Of a stretch of DNA of 64,000 nucleotides, positions 29,651 through 43,990 are shown in pieces. Origin of the DNA: the human T2T-CHM13v2.0 reference genome, Homo sapiens; NCBI RefSeq assembly GCF_009914755.1, contig NC_060938.1, one strand, 5' to 3'. The position numbers and the translations under genes are program-made. Numbering within the stretch: the stretch's first letter is position 1; each line of letters opens with the position of its first letter. Below the pieces are notes generated by a model that saw nothing but the letters and a program-made list of their open reading frames with translations, searched no databases and had not been told where the DNA came from.

Positions 29651-31865
29651 TACAAGGTTTCTTTGTGTGTTGTCTCCAGACAGATGAAAAATAAACTTCA
29701 AGACAGAGATCAAATTTTCATGATGCTAAGCCATAAGGCAGACATTTAAGAATACTTCTCCTGCCTTCTGTGAACATACAATTTTGCCACAACTCTGTGT
29801 CTTTAACAGCTCTTTTAATTAATTTTAGCAAAGAAAAAAGGCCAAATTAGTATCTTAGCCTAGATTTAAATGGAATGTTTTGGGAAGGATTTTCACTATA
29901 TTTAGGTTACAATAAAGACCTAGTGATTGCAGGTGATCCTGTGGTCCCATTAAGCAGCACATTTTTTGGAAGAAATGTAAATTTAGGAACCCTGCTTCGA
30001 ATGGTAAATCCTCTCAAAGTTTGAGATAATAAGGCTTTGACAAATTTACATATTTATAAAAATTGATAATATGTGTGTGTTTCTTAACACCTTGTAAAAC
30101 AAAAGAGGTGAAAGTTTTGGGAGGTCAGCCTATGGGAAGAAAAGAAGTATCACTCAGAATTTATGTGCAATCCGAAGTACGTAAAGAATCTGAAGTGGAA
30201 TTTAAGGAGGCAAAAGGAAACTTGAGAGCTATGCTTCTTTCTGATGAGAAAGGAAGATGCTCAAATATATGCAGAAAGATGTCAAAGACAAAGTTTTCTT
30301 ATTTTCATCTGAAGCACTGAATTGAAAGTTTCATTCTTTTTTCCTCAGTATTTAAACTGCTTTTGGGTTGTGTTTTACAGGCTATGTAATTCCCACTTCC
30401 CAATCCCTCTGGGAAGTTGTGGCCATTTTAGATATGCTGAAGTGAATTGAAGAGATCAAATTCCACATTGCAATTAAATTGATCTGACTTTGAAATGAGT
30501 TTGGTATCCAATCTAGCCTTCATTTTAATTTTTGTCTTTTGGGAAAATATAGGCCTTTCTTTAATTTTATTTACACATGCCTAGAGGCATTGTAATGGAT
30601 GGATTTTACCATGAGAAAAAAAATTAGGCTACAAATAAGCACATTTGTCACTGCTGGTGAGTGAATTCTACACTTATATGTTATTAAAGTAATGGCTTTG
30701 CATGAATATATTAACTCTAGTGAAAAATCAAGGATTACAATTCTACTAAAGTTAAATTTATTATACTTTTAGGCAAGCCCTTTAAATAGCTGTGATTTTC
30801 CATTTAATTTGTATTGTATAGTGGTTAGTGGTGCTGCTTTTTGTTCCTCTTAAATAACAGTGTGCTATCTACTGGCATTTGTAGCCTGCTACTTTAATAT
30901 GCATAAATCCCAATACGCTCTATGGCTGATGCTTTTAAGATGAGATAGTAGCTTTCCTGGCGTATTTGTTGATTTATTTTAGCAACTGAGAAAGTATCAG
31001 GCCATTGAGGTTGGATCCAATTAATCTTTGCTTGCTTTCTATCTTTTCTCTCTGTAATTTTTCTCAAAGCTTTGAAAAAGAGTGCTACCAAGTATGCATG
31101 TAATAGAAAAATGTTTTAAATTGGAAGTGGATCACAGTTTAGAAATTGATTGTGTCTTGTGGCATTGCTATAATGAAGAACTGTTTTAAAATACAATTAT
31201 TTGACTTGCTTGAAAGTTTCTATACCACATTAATAGGAAAGTTTTTGAGGTCTAGGTTTTTCTTTGTTTTTAAGGAAGAGTCAATGCACCTTATAAATAG
31301 CATACAGTGTTACTTTTGGGATAAGTAAACTTATATGTGTTTCAATAAACAGATTCCAAATTTCCAAGAAAATAATTGGTTAAATATAAAGAAATGCTTA
31401 TTTTTAAGTTGGAACATGCTGACAATGGGGAAAGTGTTCTAAATTTGGTCTTTAGCTTATGTAATCTCTGCCCACTTTTTTATTTATTTGGAAGTTTTTT
31501 TTGCAACCAGAAATGCAAACAAGTGTTGAAATTTGCATTCAGAAATTATTCTCTCTTTATTAGAATACAAATTCTGATGTGAAGCAGGTGGTGATTCAAA
31601 TGCTGATAACCTGTAAAAAGTAAAAGTACCTTTATAGATATAAGAAAAGAAGAAATATAATATTTTAGAAAATGATTGATTTGAATTAAAATAGAAGTAC
31701 TAGCATACTTTAGTTTTTCTGTCTTATCTGAAAATGTGTAAGCCTGAATTAGGGATTTTAGTGGCTCTAGCATTATTTGGATTTTTAAAAAATTAATCAA
31801 GCATGGAGAATTAGACTTCTAAAATATTTATTTATTTTATCAGCAAATATTTATTAGTCATCTAC

Positions 31866-32375
31866 TATTTTAGTTACCTATTGCTTCATAAAAAAATTAC
31901 CACCAACCATAGCAGCTTAAACAACAACCGTTTAGTATCTCCTACAGTTTCTGAGGGTGAAGAATCCAGTCGAAGCCTGGCTATGTGGTTCTGGCTTAAG
32001 ATCTCTCATAGGGTTGTAGTCAAGATATTAGCTAGGGCTGCAGTAATCTGAATGGTTTACTGGGCTAGAGGATCCAGTTCCAAGCTCACTCATGCAACTG
32101 AGTAGCTATTCATAAGAGACACCAGTTTCTCATTATGTGGAGCTGCTCGTGACATCACAGTTGCCCTTTCCCAGATGAAATGATTGAAACGAAAGAGGAT
32201 GCACCCCAAACAAAAGGTACCGTGATTGTTATTATATAATCTTGGAAGTAACATTCATCACTTCTGTCATATTCTATTGGTTACAAAGATCAATGCTGGT
32301 GCAATGTGAGGTGCAGATACTAGGATGTGTGGGAATCACTGGGATCCCTGTATTGGAACCCTGTTTTCACTTCTA
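31866..32375 (-). mobile_element. MLT1 (F/G/H-like) solo LTR within an L2 tail
   Basis: tagttacctattgct...gcagcttaaacaacaacc...gggctgcagtaatctgaa...gaggatccagttccaagctcactcatg...catcacttctgtcatattctattgg. Confidence 0.8.
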
Positions 32376-33169
32376 CTGTATGCTCTAGATGATATTAGAT
32401 ACAAATATGGATGACGTTATTTTGTGTCAGACAGTGAATTCAAGATCAGATTATTTTACTTCTTGTTCTAAAAGTCTAGTTACAGTACAAAGGCATTCAT
32501 TTGAAAATAAGTTTTCTTTAAAAAATTTCACATCTAAAGGAATACTTTAAGGATAATTTAGGATATATATCCTTAGAGAATAATTTAGAACAAAAAGATT
32601 CTGTTTCTTTTTTCTCCTATTCTAAACACCAAGCCAGATGAGTTGAAATTAAGTGAGATGCTCACTGCAGCATGGAAAAAGCAATTTCTATTGGTAAAAT
32701 TTTATTTCTTAGCCTTCAAGAGCCAATTTTGTCAGTAGCTCCTTTCAATCCCAAGCTAAAACATTTCATTTCTTGAGAAGGTGTTAAATGTGTATAGTTA
32801 ATGAATTTACACATATAAAATGAATTTTGCTAGGATTTCAGACAAAGGTAATAGTAGTTTGAATTTTAGTTGACTTTTTTGTTGAATGCTTATTTTATCT
32901 TAAAGTATACATCCTCTTTCTTCTTCTTCTTCCGTGGAATAAAGCAATGAAAAGGAAGTGCTTAAATTTGTTAGTTTTATTATATATTTTTTATTTAAGG
33001 ACTAATCCATATGTCTGTAAAGTCCCTCTCTTCTCTGGTATATGATTCTTGTGTAATAGGGGTCATGCAAATAAGCTTTATTTAAATTTTTTGTTTTAAA
33101 AAGATTTCTATTTCCACAAATATTGATTAAACATCTATTATATGTAAGGTATTATTATATTATATATAT

Positions 33170-34630
33170 TCATATACCCTAGTTTTGAGAAACAGCAACT
33201 CACTTGCAACTGCCTTTAAAAACTGGGGAATTTATAATAAGATCATTGGAGAATCTCATGGAATACAGAGAAGAGTTGTGTATTTTTGCTTCTGGTAGGA
33301 GTTTCATTGATTTCTCTGATTTATGCCTTTCTGTAAATATCTATTTCATTGCTTTCTTTCTCCTTGCAGACTGACTTTCTCCTCACTCCCCACCCCTGAA
33401 ATATTTATTTGGAAAAGGCTCCCAATGTTTCTGTATTTACATATGTCCAGCCATAATGGTATAGACTGATTTAAATCTCACAGATATAGCTTCAAATTCA
33501 CAGGGAAAATAACTTTTGCCTTCAATTGGTTCAGTTATTCATTTTTCTGTTGTTCAGGTGAGTATGAAAGAAATACTGTGAATGTCCTTGTTTTTGTTTG
33601 ATTGATTCTGGAACACTCAGTTGTGATGGGAGTGGTATCATGTTTGTGAATCTATCATCTGGAACCATATAAATGTAGGTCAGAAGCTTTTTCCTGGAAA
33701 AGCTTGGGCATTAAACAAGTCTCTAATTTGGGCATCATATGATTTCATGGAAGTTTAACTATTTTTGTTATTCAGTGTGAAATATTCTCTTTGTGCATAT
33801 TCTCATTTCCTTCCCTTTATTGTCTCTCTTCTATTTAGAGGTGTCTTTATTCATGATAAAATCATATGCCAGATTTTCTTTATTTACTTTGAAGAGGGTC
33901 TTTTTATTTTGACTGTTCTATACAATTGCAAATGACTCAAACTTGTTAAAACTTAGGGCAGTGTATATTATATACCTGATGTTACTATTAAATGAAAATA
34001 TTGCAACTTTAAACAAATGAAAGCATTCTACTTCATATAGGTTTTACTTTTTATTATTTTTATTTACTTTTAATAGTCAAGTCTCATTTAGTTATACATT
34101 GTAGAAATAATTTTGGTGGAAAATAAATTAATTGGAGGCATGGTGGGGTGACTCAGGGAGTCAAAGAAGATTTGGACAAAGATAGAAACTTGAAAGCCAC
34201 TGGAAACCTAAGCTTGTAGCTATCATCTGTCGCTTTATTTTTCTGTATTTGGAGTTACCAGAGCTTTGCCTCTCTTTCCTTTCTCTAACTTTCTATCTCA
34301 TGTCTCCTTTCTGCAGTATATCCCATCCTCGTCCTCAGTCCACTTTCACTGCTTTGTTAGGCATATTGCTGAAAACATTTCCCCCAGTTTCTGAAATTAT
34401 GTGTCCATGGTACAAGTGACATAAGAAACAGTTAAAAGTATCACAGATCCAAATACCCAGAAGAAAAAAATATGGTTGCTTCATTTGAAGTGAGGTGCCT
34501 ATTCCTGGTCCAACCAGTTTTGGCTGGTGTGACAAAGTCATATCACTACAGATACTCATGGGGAGGGTCTCACCAACTAGGCAGATACAGAAAAAGGCAT
34601 CTACTCTACTTTGGATTTGTAACGTGACCA
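33170..34630 (-). mobile_element. Two highly degraded old MLT1 (J-M-like) LTR fragments (~33170-33680 and ~34100-34630)
   Basis: gagaaacagcaactcacttgc; gaggtgcctattcctggtccaaccagttttggc. Confidence 0.45.
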
Positions 34631-34659
34631 TCTAATTCTAATATTAAAATACACTGCTA

Positions 34660-35830
34660 GGGACGTTTGAGGAACTTACAAAGCAGTCAGTATGCTTGGA
34701 GTAAAGGGAATCAGTGTATGAAGACTTGTGCATGGGCCTAGAGAGGTAAGCAAAAGCCAGGGAATTAAAGAACTTGAACATTTTCTATGGGTAATGAGGC
34801 TTTTAAACAGGGAGAGTGAAGGGCAGACTTAGAATTAATTTTTTAAAGATTACTCTGAAAGATGTGTGACAATGAAGGGATTAGAATAGAGCAAGAGTAG
34901 AAGCAGGGCCACCAGATTTCTGAAGGAGAGATAATGAGGGAGCTAAACAAAGATAGTGGCAGTGAGAGAAAGAAGGAATAATTTCAAGAGACATTAAAGT
35001 TATTGCTTGAGTAACAGTTAGATGACTGACTAAATATGATAAGTAGTGGGAGAAGAAAGCACCCAGCTTTCTCTGGCTTGAGCAACTGGGCAGTTGGTAT
35101 TGCTATGTACTGAACCAGGGAAAGTCAAGGTTAGGAAAGGAAAACGAAGAGTTTTATTTGAGCTTTTAAGTACCAGCAAGATAAATGATCTGGAATGGGT
35201 ATATCAACATATGGGTCATAGTGAAGTTTAAAAAACAGAATGGGAAGACATTTGGGGGTGTTCTACGACAAAGCTGAAGATGGGCTCTAAAAGGACACTG
35301 AGGAGTCACAACCACTTACTTTGGACAAAAACTAAGTGAGCATTAAGAGTTTAGAAAGGAGAAAATTTTTTAGAAGAGATGTGGTTGATAGAGTTAAATA
35401 CTGTAGAGAGGTCAAGAGAGACGAATACTTCTCAATGACTTTCATAACAAACCAGGCATTTTTGGCCTGAGCCTCAGTCATGTCAGTAGAATGTGGGGTG
35501 GGAGCAAAAGCCTGATTAACATAAATGGGTAAAGAAATGGAAGCGGAACAAATAAAGGAAGTGATTGTAAATATCTCTTTCCAGTAGTTGCGACCAAAGG
35601 AGAGTGTGATTGCCAGGAGAAGACAAAGGATAAGGGGAACTTTATGTATTGTTATTTTTTTATCTTTGGTTTTATTCTGTAAGGTATGTATTAAACATAT
35701 GACAACAAAATAGCCAAATATGTGAAGATGCACAACAGCAAGGGGTAATTAATTGGTAGAGCAAGTTTGCTGAAGACAAAGGGGAAAGAAAGCACAGCAT
35801 AAGTAGATGGATTAGCTTTGGGAAGAAAAA
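34660..35830 (-). mobile_element. L2 LINE fragment
   Basis: ttttaaacagggagagtga...ttttaaagattactctg...gagcaagagtagaagcaggg...ctggcttgagcaactggg...gagaggtcaagagag. Confidence 0.8.
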
Positions 35831-38800
35831 TGGATACCTTTGTGTCTTCAATGTTATTTTTGGTTTATCCGGCCTACGGTATGGTTGAATCAAGAAATGC
35901 TCAGTTCCTTCTGTTATCCATGTACTAACTGGGATATGGTATCTTTATTTTAGGTGTTTCAACCTTAGGTGCACATACTAGGGAGCTTAAGTACATCCTA
36001 CCTACTATTAAATTATTTTTCTTTGCTTCCACTGATGGTGTCAATTGAGTTCTTTCTTTCTTTTTCTTTTTTTTAAGTGAAATACAATAAACTGCAAATA
36101 TATAAAGTATACAGTTAAGTAGGTTACAATGTATGTGGTACACCACAAAACTGTCACCATAACCAAATAAGGAACACATTAATTACCCCCAGAAGTTTCT
36201 TGCTGATCCTTAGCAATCTCTCCTGCCTATGCATTCCTGCCCCGACTCCAGGCAATCACTGACATACTTTCTATCTGTGTTGATTAATTTGTATTTTCCA
36301 AGATTTTATATAAATAAACTCATATGGTGCATACTATTTTCATCTGGTTTCTTTCACTCAGAATAACTGTTTTGAGATTCATCCATGTTGTTGTATTAAT
36401 ACTTTCTTTTAATTGCTGAATGGTATTCCACTGTATGAGTCCAGTGTGTTTTTCCATTTACCTTTTGATGGGCATTTGGGTTATTTCCAGACTGGGGCTA
36501 TTATAAACAAAGCTATTATGAGCATTCATGTACAAGTATTTGTGTGAACATATACTTTCAATTGTCTTAGAATTGAATGGGTGGATCATATGCGGGTATG
36601 TATTTAACTTTTTAGGAAGCTAAAAAATTACTTCCTTTTTACAAGTTACAAGCCCTTTTCCAAAGTGGTTATACTATTGTACATCCCCACAAGCACTATA
36701 TAAGAATATTATGTCTTCTAATTCTTGCCAACACTTGGTGTGAACTGTCTTTTTAATTAGAATGTTGCCATTCTAATATGTATACAACGATATCACAATA
36801 TGGTTTTAATTTACATGTACCTAGTTTCTAATGAGGTTGAGCACCATTTCATGGTGCTTATTTTATATCCATATATTGTCTTTTGTGAAGTGTTATTTTT
36901 TTCTTTTTACAACATAATTTTTAAATTGAATTACTTTCTTACTACTGAATCAGTTTTTTATATATTCTGGATACATGTTGTTTATCTTTTTTTAAAATGT
37001 CTTGTGCAAATATTTTCTCCAAGCGTATGACTTTTTTCAATATCTTAATAGTATCTGTTGAAAGCCAGTATTTTTAAGTTTTGATGAATTCCAATTTATC
37101 AACTTGTTCTCATATGGATTATGTTTTTATTGGTTTTTATTTAAGGAATATTCACATAACCCAATATTGCAAATGTTTTCTCCTAGAAACTTTTGGTTTT
37201 AGATTTTGCATTTAGAAGTATGTGAGTTACTTTTGTATTTGATAATTGGGGTTCTTTATTTTGCAAATGGGTATCTATCAATTATGCTAGTACTAGTTAA
37301 TTAAAAGACTCTTCATTCACCACTAATTGCCTTTGTACATTTGCAAAAAATTAGTTTTCCATATACATTTGGGTCTGTTTCTCCACTCTCTATCATGTAC
37401 CACTGATTTGTTTATATTCCTGTTAATAACACACTATCTTAATTATTACGGCTTTGTAATAAAAACATGTAGTATTGGTCTTTCAATTTTGTTCTTGTTT
37501 TCATATTTCTTTTGCCAAATTTAGTCTTCTGTATATCATAAATTATATTTTATGGCTTTTATAATAATTTGGTCAATTTCTAGAAATAAGATTTTTATTT
37601 TGATTATATTTGTTGAGAACTAATCGATCGACTTGAGAAAAGTTGATATCTTAATGGTATTGTCTTTCAAACTACAAACATAGCATTTATCTTCATTTAC
37701 TTTAATTTCTCTTAGTTACGTTTAATAATTTTTAGTATTCGACTCTTTCATGTCTTCTATAATATTTATGTTAAGTATTTTTTGCTATTATAAATAACAT
37801 TGCTTTTAATTTTAATTTCTATTGCACACTGCTTGTATATGCAATTGATTTTTTTATATTGATCTTGCATTCTGAAATCTTTTTAAAATTAAATTATTTT
37901 TAGTAGCTCTTTTGTATATTACATTTGGTTTTTTATGGAAAAATTCATGTCAATTGTGAATAAAAGTACCTTTTCTTCTTCTTTTCAAATTTGGATGTCT
38001 TATTTATTTTTACCACTCTTTTCCATGGACGAAAAATATTGAAAAGAGGTGATGACAGCAGACTTCCTTGTCTTATTCTTGGTTTCAGGGGAAGGCATTC
38101 TGGTTTTTGCTATTAGGTTTGTTTAGCTGAAAGTTTTTAGTAGATACCTTATGTTAAGTTGAGGAAGTTTCCTTTTATTCTTATATTACTGAGACTTCTT
38201 ATTTGACATAGATGTTGGGTTTTTTGTTTGTTTTGTAAATCTGGTGACTTTGAATGTTAAGGCAACCCCACCTTTCTGGGATAAACTGCATTTGGATATG
38301 ATGCATTGTCCTTTTTATGTATTGATAAATTCAATTTTTAAAATCTTATATAAATGTTTTAAATTTAGGTTTGTGAGTGCTTGTTACCTGTAGTTTTCTT
38401 TTTCCGTAATATTTGTGTCTGGTTTTGGTATTAGGGTACTCTGGCTTTGTAGAATAAATTGAGAATTATTCTCCCATTTCAATCTTTTGTTTGGGTCTAT
38501 TTGAAAGAGTTTGTGTAGATAGGTATTATTTTTTTCCTTAACTGTTAAGTAGACTTTATGAGTGAAACTATCTGCTTTTTGTGTTTTCTTTTGGGAGAGG
38601 CCTCACACTACAAATTTAATTTCTTTAATAGATAAGTATTCTAGTCATCTCTTTTTGCCTTAGCTTTGCTACTTTGCTTCTTTCAATAAATATCTATTTT
38701 GCCTAAATTGTCAAATTAATTGGCATAGTTTGGCATACTTTTTCTTTATTATTATTCTAACATCCACAGAACCTGTGGTGATATCATCATTTATTCCTGA

Positions 38801-39083
38801 TATTAACTTGTGTCTTCTCTTTTTCCTGATCAATATTACTGGATTGATTTATTACTTACTAATCTTTTAAATCTATCCACCTTTGGTTTCATTGATTTTT
38901 CTCAATTGTTTTCCTATCTTCCATTCATTGATTTCTACTCTGATCTTTATCATTTCCTTTCTTCTATTTATTTACTAATTTGTTCTTGTTTTTCTGGTTT
39001 CTTAAACTAGAAACTGAGATAATTGACTTGAGGTCTTCTTATAAATTTCTCCATAAGTAATGATTTAGCTCTATCCCACAAAT

Positions 39084-39604
39084 TGTCAACGTGACTAGAG
39101 TTCCAAGTCAATCAAACTCTAAGGAGTGTTGCTGTGGAGAGATTTTGCAAATGTAATTAAAGTTCCTAAGCAGTTTACTTTAAGGAAGGTAATTCTCAAT
39201 TATCTGAGTAGGCTTGATTCAGGCTTGAAAGGCCTTAAAAGCAGTAATGAGGCTTCCCCTAGAAAAATAAATTCTGCCTGTGATCATTAGTTTTGGTTTT
39301 TGCCCATGGAGTTTCATATTGATTGTGCTGTTGCTTTCCTAAATGCCTGCCCTATAGATTTTGGATTTGCTTAGCCAGCCCCTACAACTGTGTAAAGTAA
39401 TTATTAAAGATCTCTCTCTCTCTTTTTCTCTTGCTATTTGTGTATGTAGATATATATGTGTATGTGCATATGTGTGGGTTTGTATGTGTACATAGATATA
39501 TAGAGAGGGTTTAAATAATTATATATACGTATTAATATATGTATATTTTGTGCATATGAATATATCATATTCCCACTGCGTATAGTTGAACCCTGACTGA
39601 TACA
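39084..39604 (+). mobile_element. MLT2F/E-like ERVL LTR, 5'-clipped
   Basis: gtcaacgtgactag...tgttgctgtggagagattttgcaaatgtaattaaag...gcctgccctatagattttgg...gaaccctgactgataca; internal (TA/TG)-rich tract. Confidence 0.8.
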
Positions 39605-39861
39605 GCAGCATGTAGTAGTTGGGTCTTACTTTTTCATCAATCTGATCTGACAATCTTTGCCTCTTGATGGAAGTATTTAAATCATTTCCATTTGATGTTG
39701 TTGCATATATGGAACAATTTGTCTATTATCTTACATCTTGTTTTCTATTTTTTTTTCTTTTTTTCTTTTTCTGCCTTCTTTTGGATCATTTGAATATTTT
39801 ATGTCTTTTACTGGTTTATTATGGCAATAATGTTTTAGTTGCTACTTCATGGTTTAAAGTA

Positions 39862-40148
39862 TTTATTTATTTATTTTTTAGAGTCTTGCTTTGTCACCCA
39901 AACTGGAGTGCAGTGGCACAATCATAGCTCACTATAATCTCAAATTCCTGGGCTCCAGGGATCCTCCCACCTCAGCCCTCTCAGTAGCTAGGATTACAGT
40001 GCATGCATTCATTCCTTGATATTTAAAAAAAAAATTTTTATAGAGACAGGATCTCACTATGTCACCCAGGCCATTCTTGAACCCCTGGCCTCATGCAATT
40101 ATTTCACCAACATGCTGGTATTACAGGTGTGCGCCACCATGCCCAACC
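39862..40148 (-). mobile_element. AluJ SINE
   Basis: gagtcttgctttgtcaccc...caatcatagctcact...gatcctcccacctcagcc...ccaccatgcccaacc. Confidence 0.9.
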
Positions 40149-43100
40149 TAATTATATATCTTTTAAGTTATCACAGCATACCTTCAAGTGATACTATACT
40201 ATACAATTTCATGTACAGTATAAGAATCTTATAATAGTATATTTCTATTCCTCCACTACAACCTTTTTTGTGATTGTCATACTTTACACCTCCACATGGC
40301 ATTCTTTTTATTTTTGTTTATATAGTTATATTTTAAATATATTTAAACAATGTGAAAAATATTTTCTATATTTACCTGTATAATTATATCTTCAGTGCTC
40401 TTCACTTCTTTCCTCAGTTCTATTCCTCTATCTGTTATAATTTTCTTTCTATCTACTTGTTGGATTCTTTCAGAATTTGTATGATTGAAAAAGTATTTAT
40501 GTTACCCTCATTTTAAAAACATGTTTTTGCTTGGTTTAGAATTCTAGGTTATCATTTTTTTCTTTCAGTACTGTAAAGATGGTCCTCTGCTGTCTTATCA
40601 CTTATATTTTTTCTGTTAAGAAATCTGCTGTCATCTTTACCTTTGTACTGCTGTATGTAACCTCTCTGGTTGCTTTTAAGATTTTCTCTTTTAAGCTGAT
40701 TTTGATCATAAGATGCCTTGCTGTACTTTTCTTGTGGTTGAATTTTGTTGAGCTTCTTGGATTTGTGGGTTTATTGTTTTTATTAAATTTGGAAAAAAAC
40801 AGACATTATTTCCTCAAAATTTTTTTTCTGCATGTCTCTGCAACTTCTCTCCTTTTAGGGACGCGTTACATGCCTATAAAGCTTCTTATAATTGTCTCAC
40901 AGCTCTCTGTTCCTCCTCACATATTTTAAATTCTGTCTGTTCTTTATTTAGAATAGCTCCTATTGCTATTTTCAAATTCATTAATATTTTTTCTCTAATG
41001 TTTAATCTGCCATTAATCTCATTAAGTGTATGTTATCTCACACATTGTAATATTCATCTGTAGAAGTTTGATTTGGGTCTTTTTTGTTAATATATTTTAT
41101 GGGCACATGGTTTTAATAATGTTTAATGTTCTTGTTTCCTAATAATAAAAACCATGTCAGTTCTAGGTCAGTTTCAGTTGACTGACTTTTCCTCTTGTTA
41201 TGAGTAGTATTTTCCTGCTTTTTTGAATGCTTGGTAGGTTTTGATTGGATGCTAAACATTTTGAATATGACCTGTTGAAGGCTGGATATTTTTGTATTCC
41301 CTTAAGTATTCTTGAGCTTCATCCTGAGATGCAGTTATTTGGAAGCAGTTATTCGTATTTTTTGGAAGCAGTTTGATCTTTTGGATCCTGCTTTGAATGG
41401 GTTTTTGTTTTTGTTTTGGACCAGAGGAGTGCTCAGTCTATGGCTAATTATTTCCCAAGACCAGAGAAAGATTTCTGTCCTCTACCCACTGATCTTGTTT
41501 TTTTCCCTTTATTCAAGTCTGAAACAGTAATGTGGTGCCTAGTAATGAAGCAGCCATCAAGTGACCATTAAAAGTTAAGACTGGCAGGTCAGGAAGATAA
41601 ATGTCCTTGTGCAGCTATATCACTCTGTAGTATTGACCTCCTAACTTTTTGTTTTCATATGAGCCAAAATAAACTACTAACGTATAAGTCACTATTTATG
41701 AAGTTTTCTGCTGCTGCTAGTCTAACATTATCCTGCTTGATAAAATCCTTTATTTTCAAAGCCAAAGAACAAAATGTAGAAATGTCCCCATGCAAGTGTA
41801 GACTGTCTTCATCCATTTCAGTCCCAGTGACTATGAGTTTTCATTGGACCAACCACTGTTATGATTAGTAAGATCCTCAAGGGAAGGATAATGAGTAAAG
41901 CGATATTCATTTCCTTGAAGGAAAATGAGAATAAAGAAAATGTTGTATTGGTTTTATACATATTAATTTGTTATATTCTGCATGAGCTAAATTTTAGGTT
42001 ATCCAAAGTTATTAAATACTACTTAGGACTTATGTGAAAAATTTCTATGTATATATTTTTCATACAATGTGAACACCAGTAGTAGAAAATGTTCTATTTT
42101 ATTACACATAATACTTTTACATGTTTCTTTAAAATATCAACATAATACTGTTATTTTTTCTTTATTATTGCTATAAATGTATTCCATGAAAATTTCAAAG
42201 GTAATTTCTCTCAATATTACCTAGATAAAAGCATCATAAAAAATAAAGCTACCTAGATGATTACATCTTGCTGTCTAAATTGGGTATCAATAGATTTCAT
42301 TTCACATAGAATAAAAAAATTTATTTAAAAAACTTTTTAGAGTCATTAATTTTAAGCACCTGAAAAACAGCATAAGTGGAATCAAAATAGTATATTTTTT
42401 ATTTCTTCTTTGCTAAGTGATAGGGTCGTCAATATCCAGAAGTATTTAAATATTCATTTTGCCTAAAACTTTAGTTTCTTTTGAATAAGGGTACATTTGA
42501 TATTCATCCTCTACAGAATGAATAACCACTAATTCTAATCTATATTTAATCATCCATAGTGACTCATACATTAGTGACTCATTCCAAAATCTAAATTTCA
42601 GAATATCAGTTATTTTTAAATAAGCTTTCTTTCTCCTATTCTGCAAAGAAATTGTTGAATTGGATTGCAAGAAGGGACCAACTAAAATGCATTTTTTCAG
42701 ACTTATTTGACGTTTTGAATAAGTTTAAAATAGCAAGAAATATTGCTTCCAGGAGAACATGAATTTCTAAAGTAGTTGATTTGAATTAGTCACTTTCAGA
42801 AAGAAGGATGTGACTTACAATGTCACAAATTGATCACTTCAGCCCTGCCCTTATCCTTGTATTCCATTAGCATCTTACTTCAGTCTTCTAAATATATTAA
42901 TTGCCATCACTTAAAATTAAATATGTCTCAAAGTGAAATCATATTTTACTCCTAGTTCCTGTACTAAGATTATTTGATTTGGTCAAATTATATTATTATT
43001 TTTCTTATCACTCAAGTTTAACATTTTTCAATAATTTGACCCTATCCAATTTCTCTGCTTCCACATTCAGTAAGTCTTCAAATTCTATGCTGACTGCAGT

Positions 43101-43759
43101 TACTGTATGAAAGAATTTGCTTTTCCTCTTCTTCATTTGTAGTTCAGTTATTCTTCAAGTGCAACTCAAGTCTACCTGAGTATATGGATTATTGTAGTTT
43201 ATCTTTAATATTTATTTTGTCTCTTAATTATCAATCCTATGACTCTCTACACAAGTGTGATTTTTTTGTACAATGACTATTTTCTATCAAAGAGCTGTAG
43301 GAAATCATGGTCATTGTATCTCCTACCAGATAATTTTTCTCTTTTTTGATACTTAATAGATCAAAGGGGTGAAAATCAGAGATTGAGATGCCCTAGGGTT
43401 GAAATAGAATTTTAATTAGACTCAATCTGTCTTTGGATTATATTCATTCCTAAATTGTGACTTTCATCGGCTACCAAGAACCTGTTAAGTGAAGAGACAG
43501 AGACTCTGCATCTCTGAAAGATTGTGGATGATTCATTTTTTCACATATGGGGTTTTCAGCTTATTTCTTTAATCTTCTGCCTCATGTAGCTTCAAAATTG
43601 GCCATGTGTGCTGAAGAGGTTAATGGTCAAGTGTCTGAGGCAGGGCCTGTCTAGCCAGAGAGTTTTGCTTCCCAAACACTGTAAGATCTTAATCAAGCTT
43701 TTAGAAATTTTTGGCATAGATTTCCAGTTTCACATGTAGCACTGTAAATTAGCAAATGT

Positions 43760-43792
43760 TGTGTGTGTGTGTGTGTGTGCGCGTGTGTGTGC
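43760..43792. repeat. (TG)n/(CG) microsatellite
   Basis: tgtgtgtgtgtgtgtgtgtgcgcgtgtgtgtgc. Confidence 0.95.
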
Positions 43793-43907
43793 TGGTTGTG
43801 TATTTGAGGCCCCTCAGTTTCCTAATTTGTCACTCTATCTTCAAGTGAATTTTTTGCTTATTTTTATTGTGCCCCAACAGAAGAGTTCTGCCTCAGTACA
43901 TTGTTTC

Positions 43908-43990
43908 TCACCCAATATGGGTGGGCATCAGCCAATCCATTAAAGGCCTGAATAGAAAAGGAAAGGTGGAGAAAAGAGAAATGTGCCTTA
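43908..43990 (+). mobile_element. MLT2 LTR fragment
   Basis: cccaatatgggtgggcatcagccaatccattaaaggcctgaatagaa. Confidence 0.65.

Larger units (their letters stand above)
36055..41490 (-). mobile_element. L1MD-like LINE (3' end to 5' region), interrupted by MLT2F and AluJ
   Basis: T-tract tail at ~36055; aataaactgcaaatatataaagtatacag...accccagaagtttc; long antisense ORF2/ORF1 decay; ctgttaagaaatctgctgtcat. Confidence 0.85.

Noticed and set aside
30355-30510. Acceptor-like gttttacag followed by a possible exon, with an agatcaa...ttgatct stem
   Set aside because: Stops occur in all three frames within ~70 nt, there is no clear donor, and the stem is too short for a pre-miRNA.
35332-41868. Several hydrophobic F/L/I-rich ORFs resembling membrane proteins
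   Set aside because: Artefacts of T-rich antisense L1 and L2 sequence.
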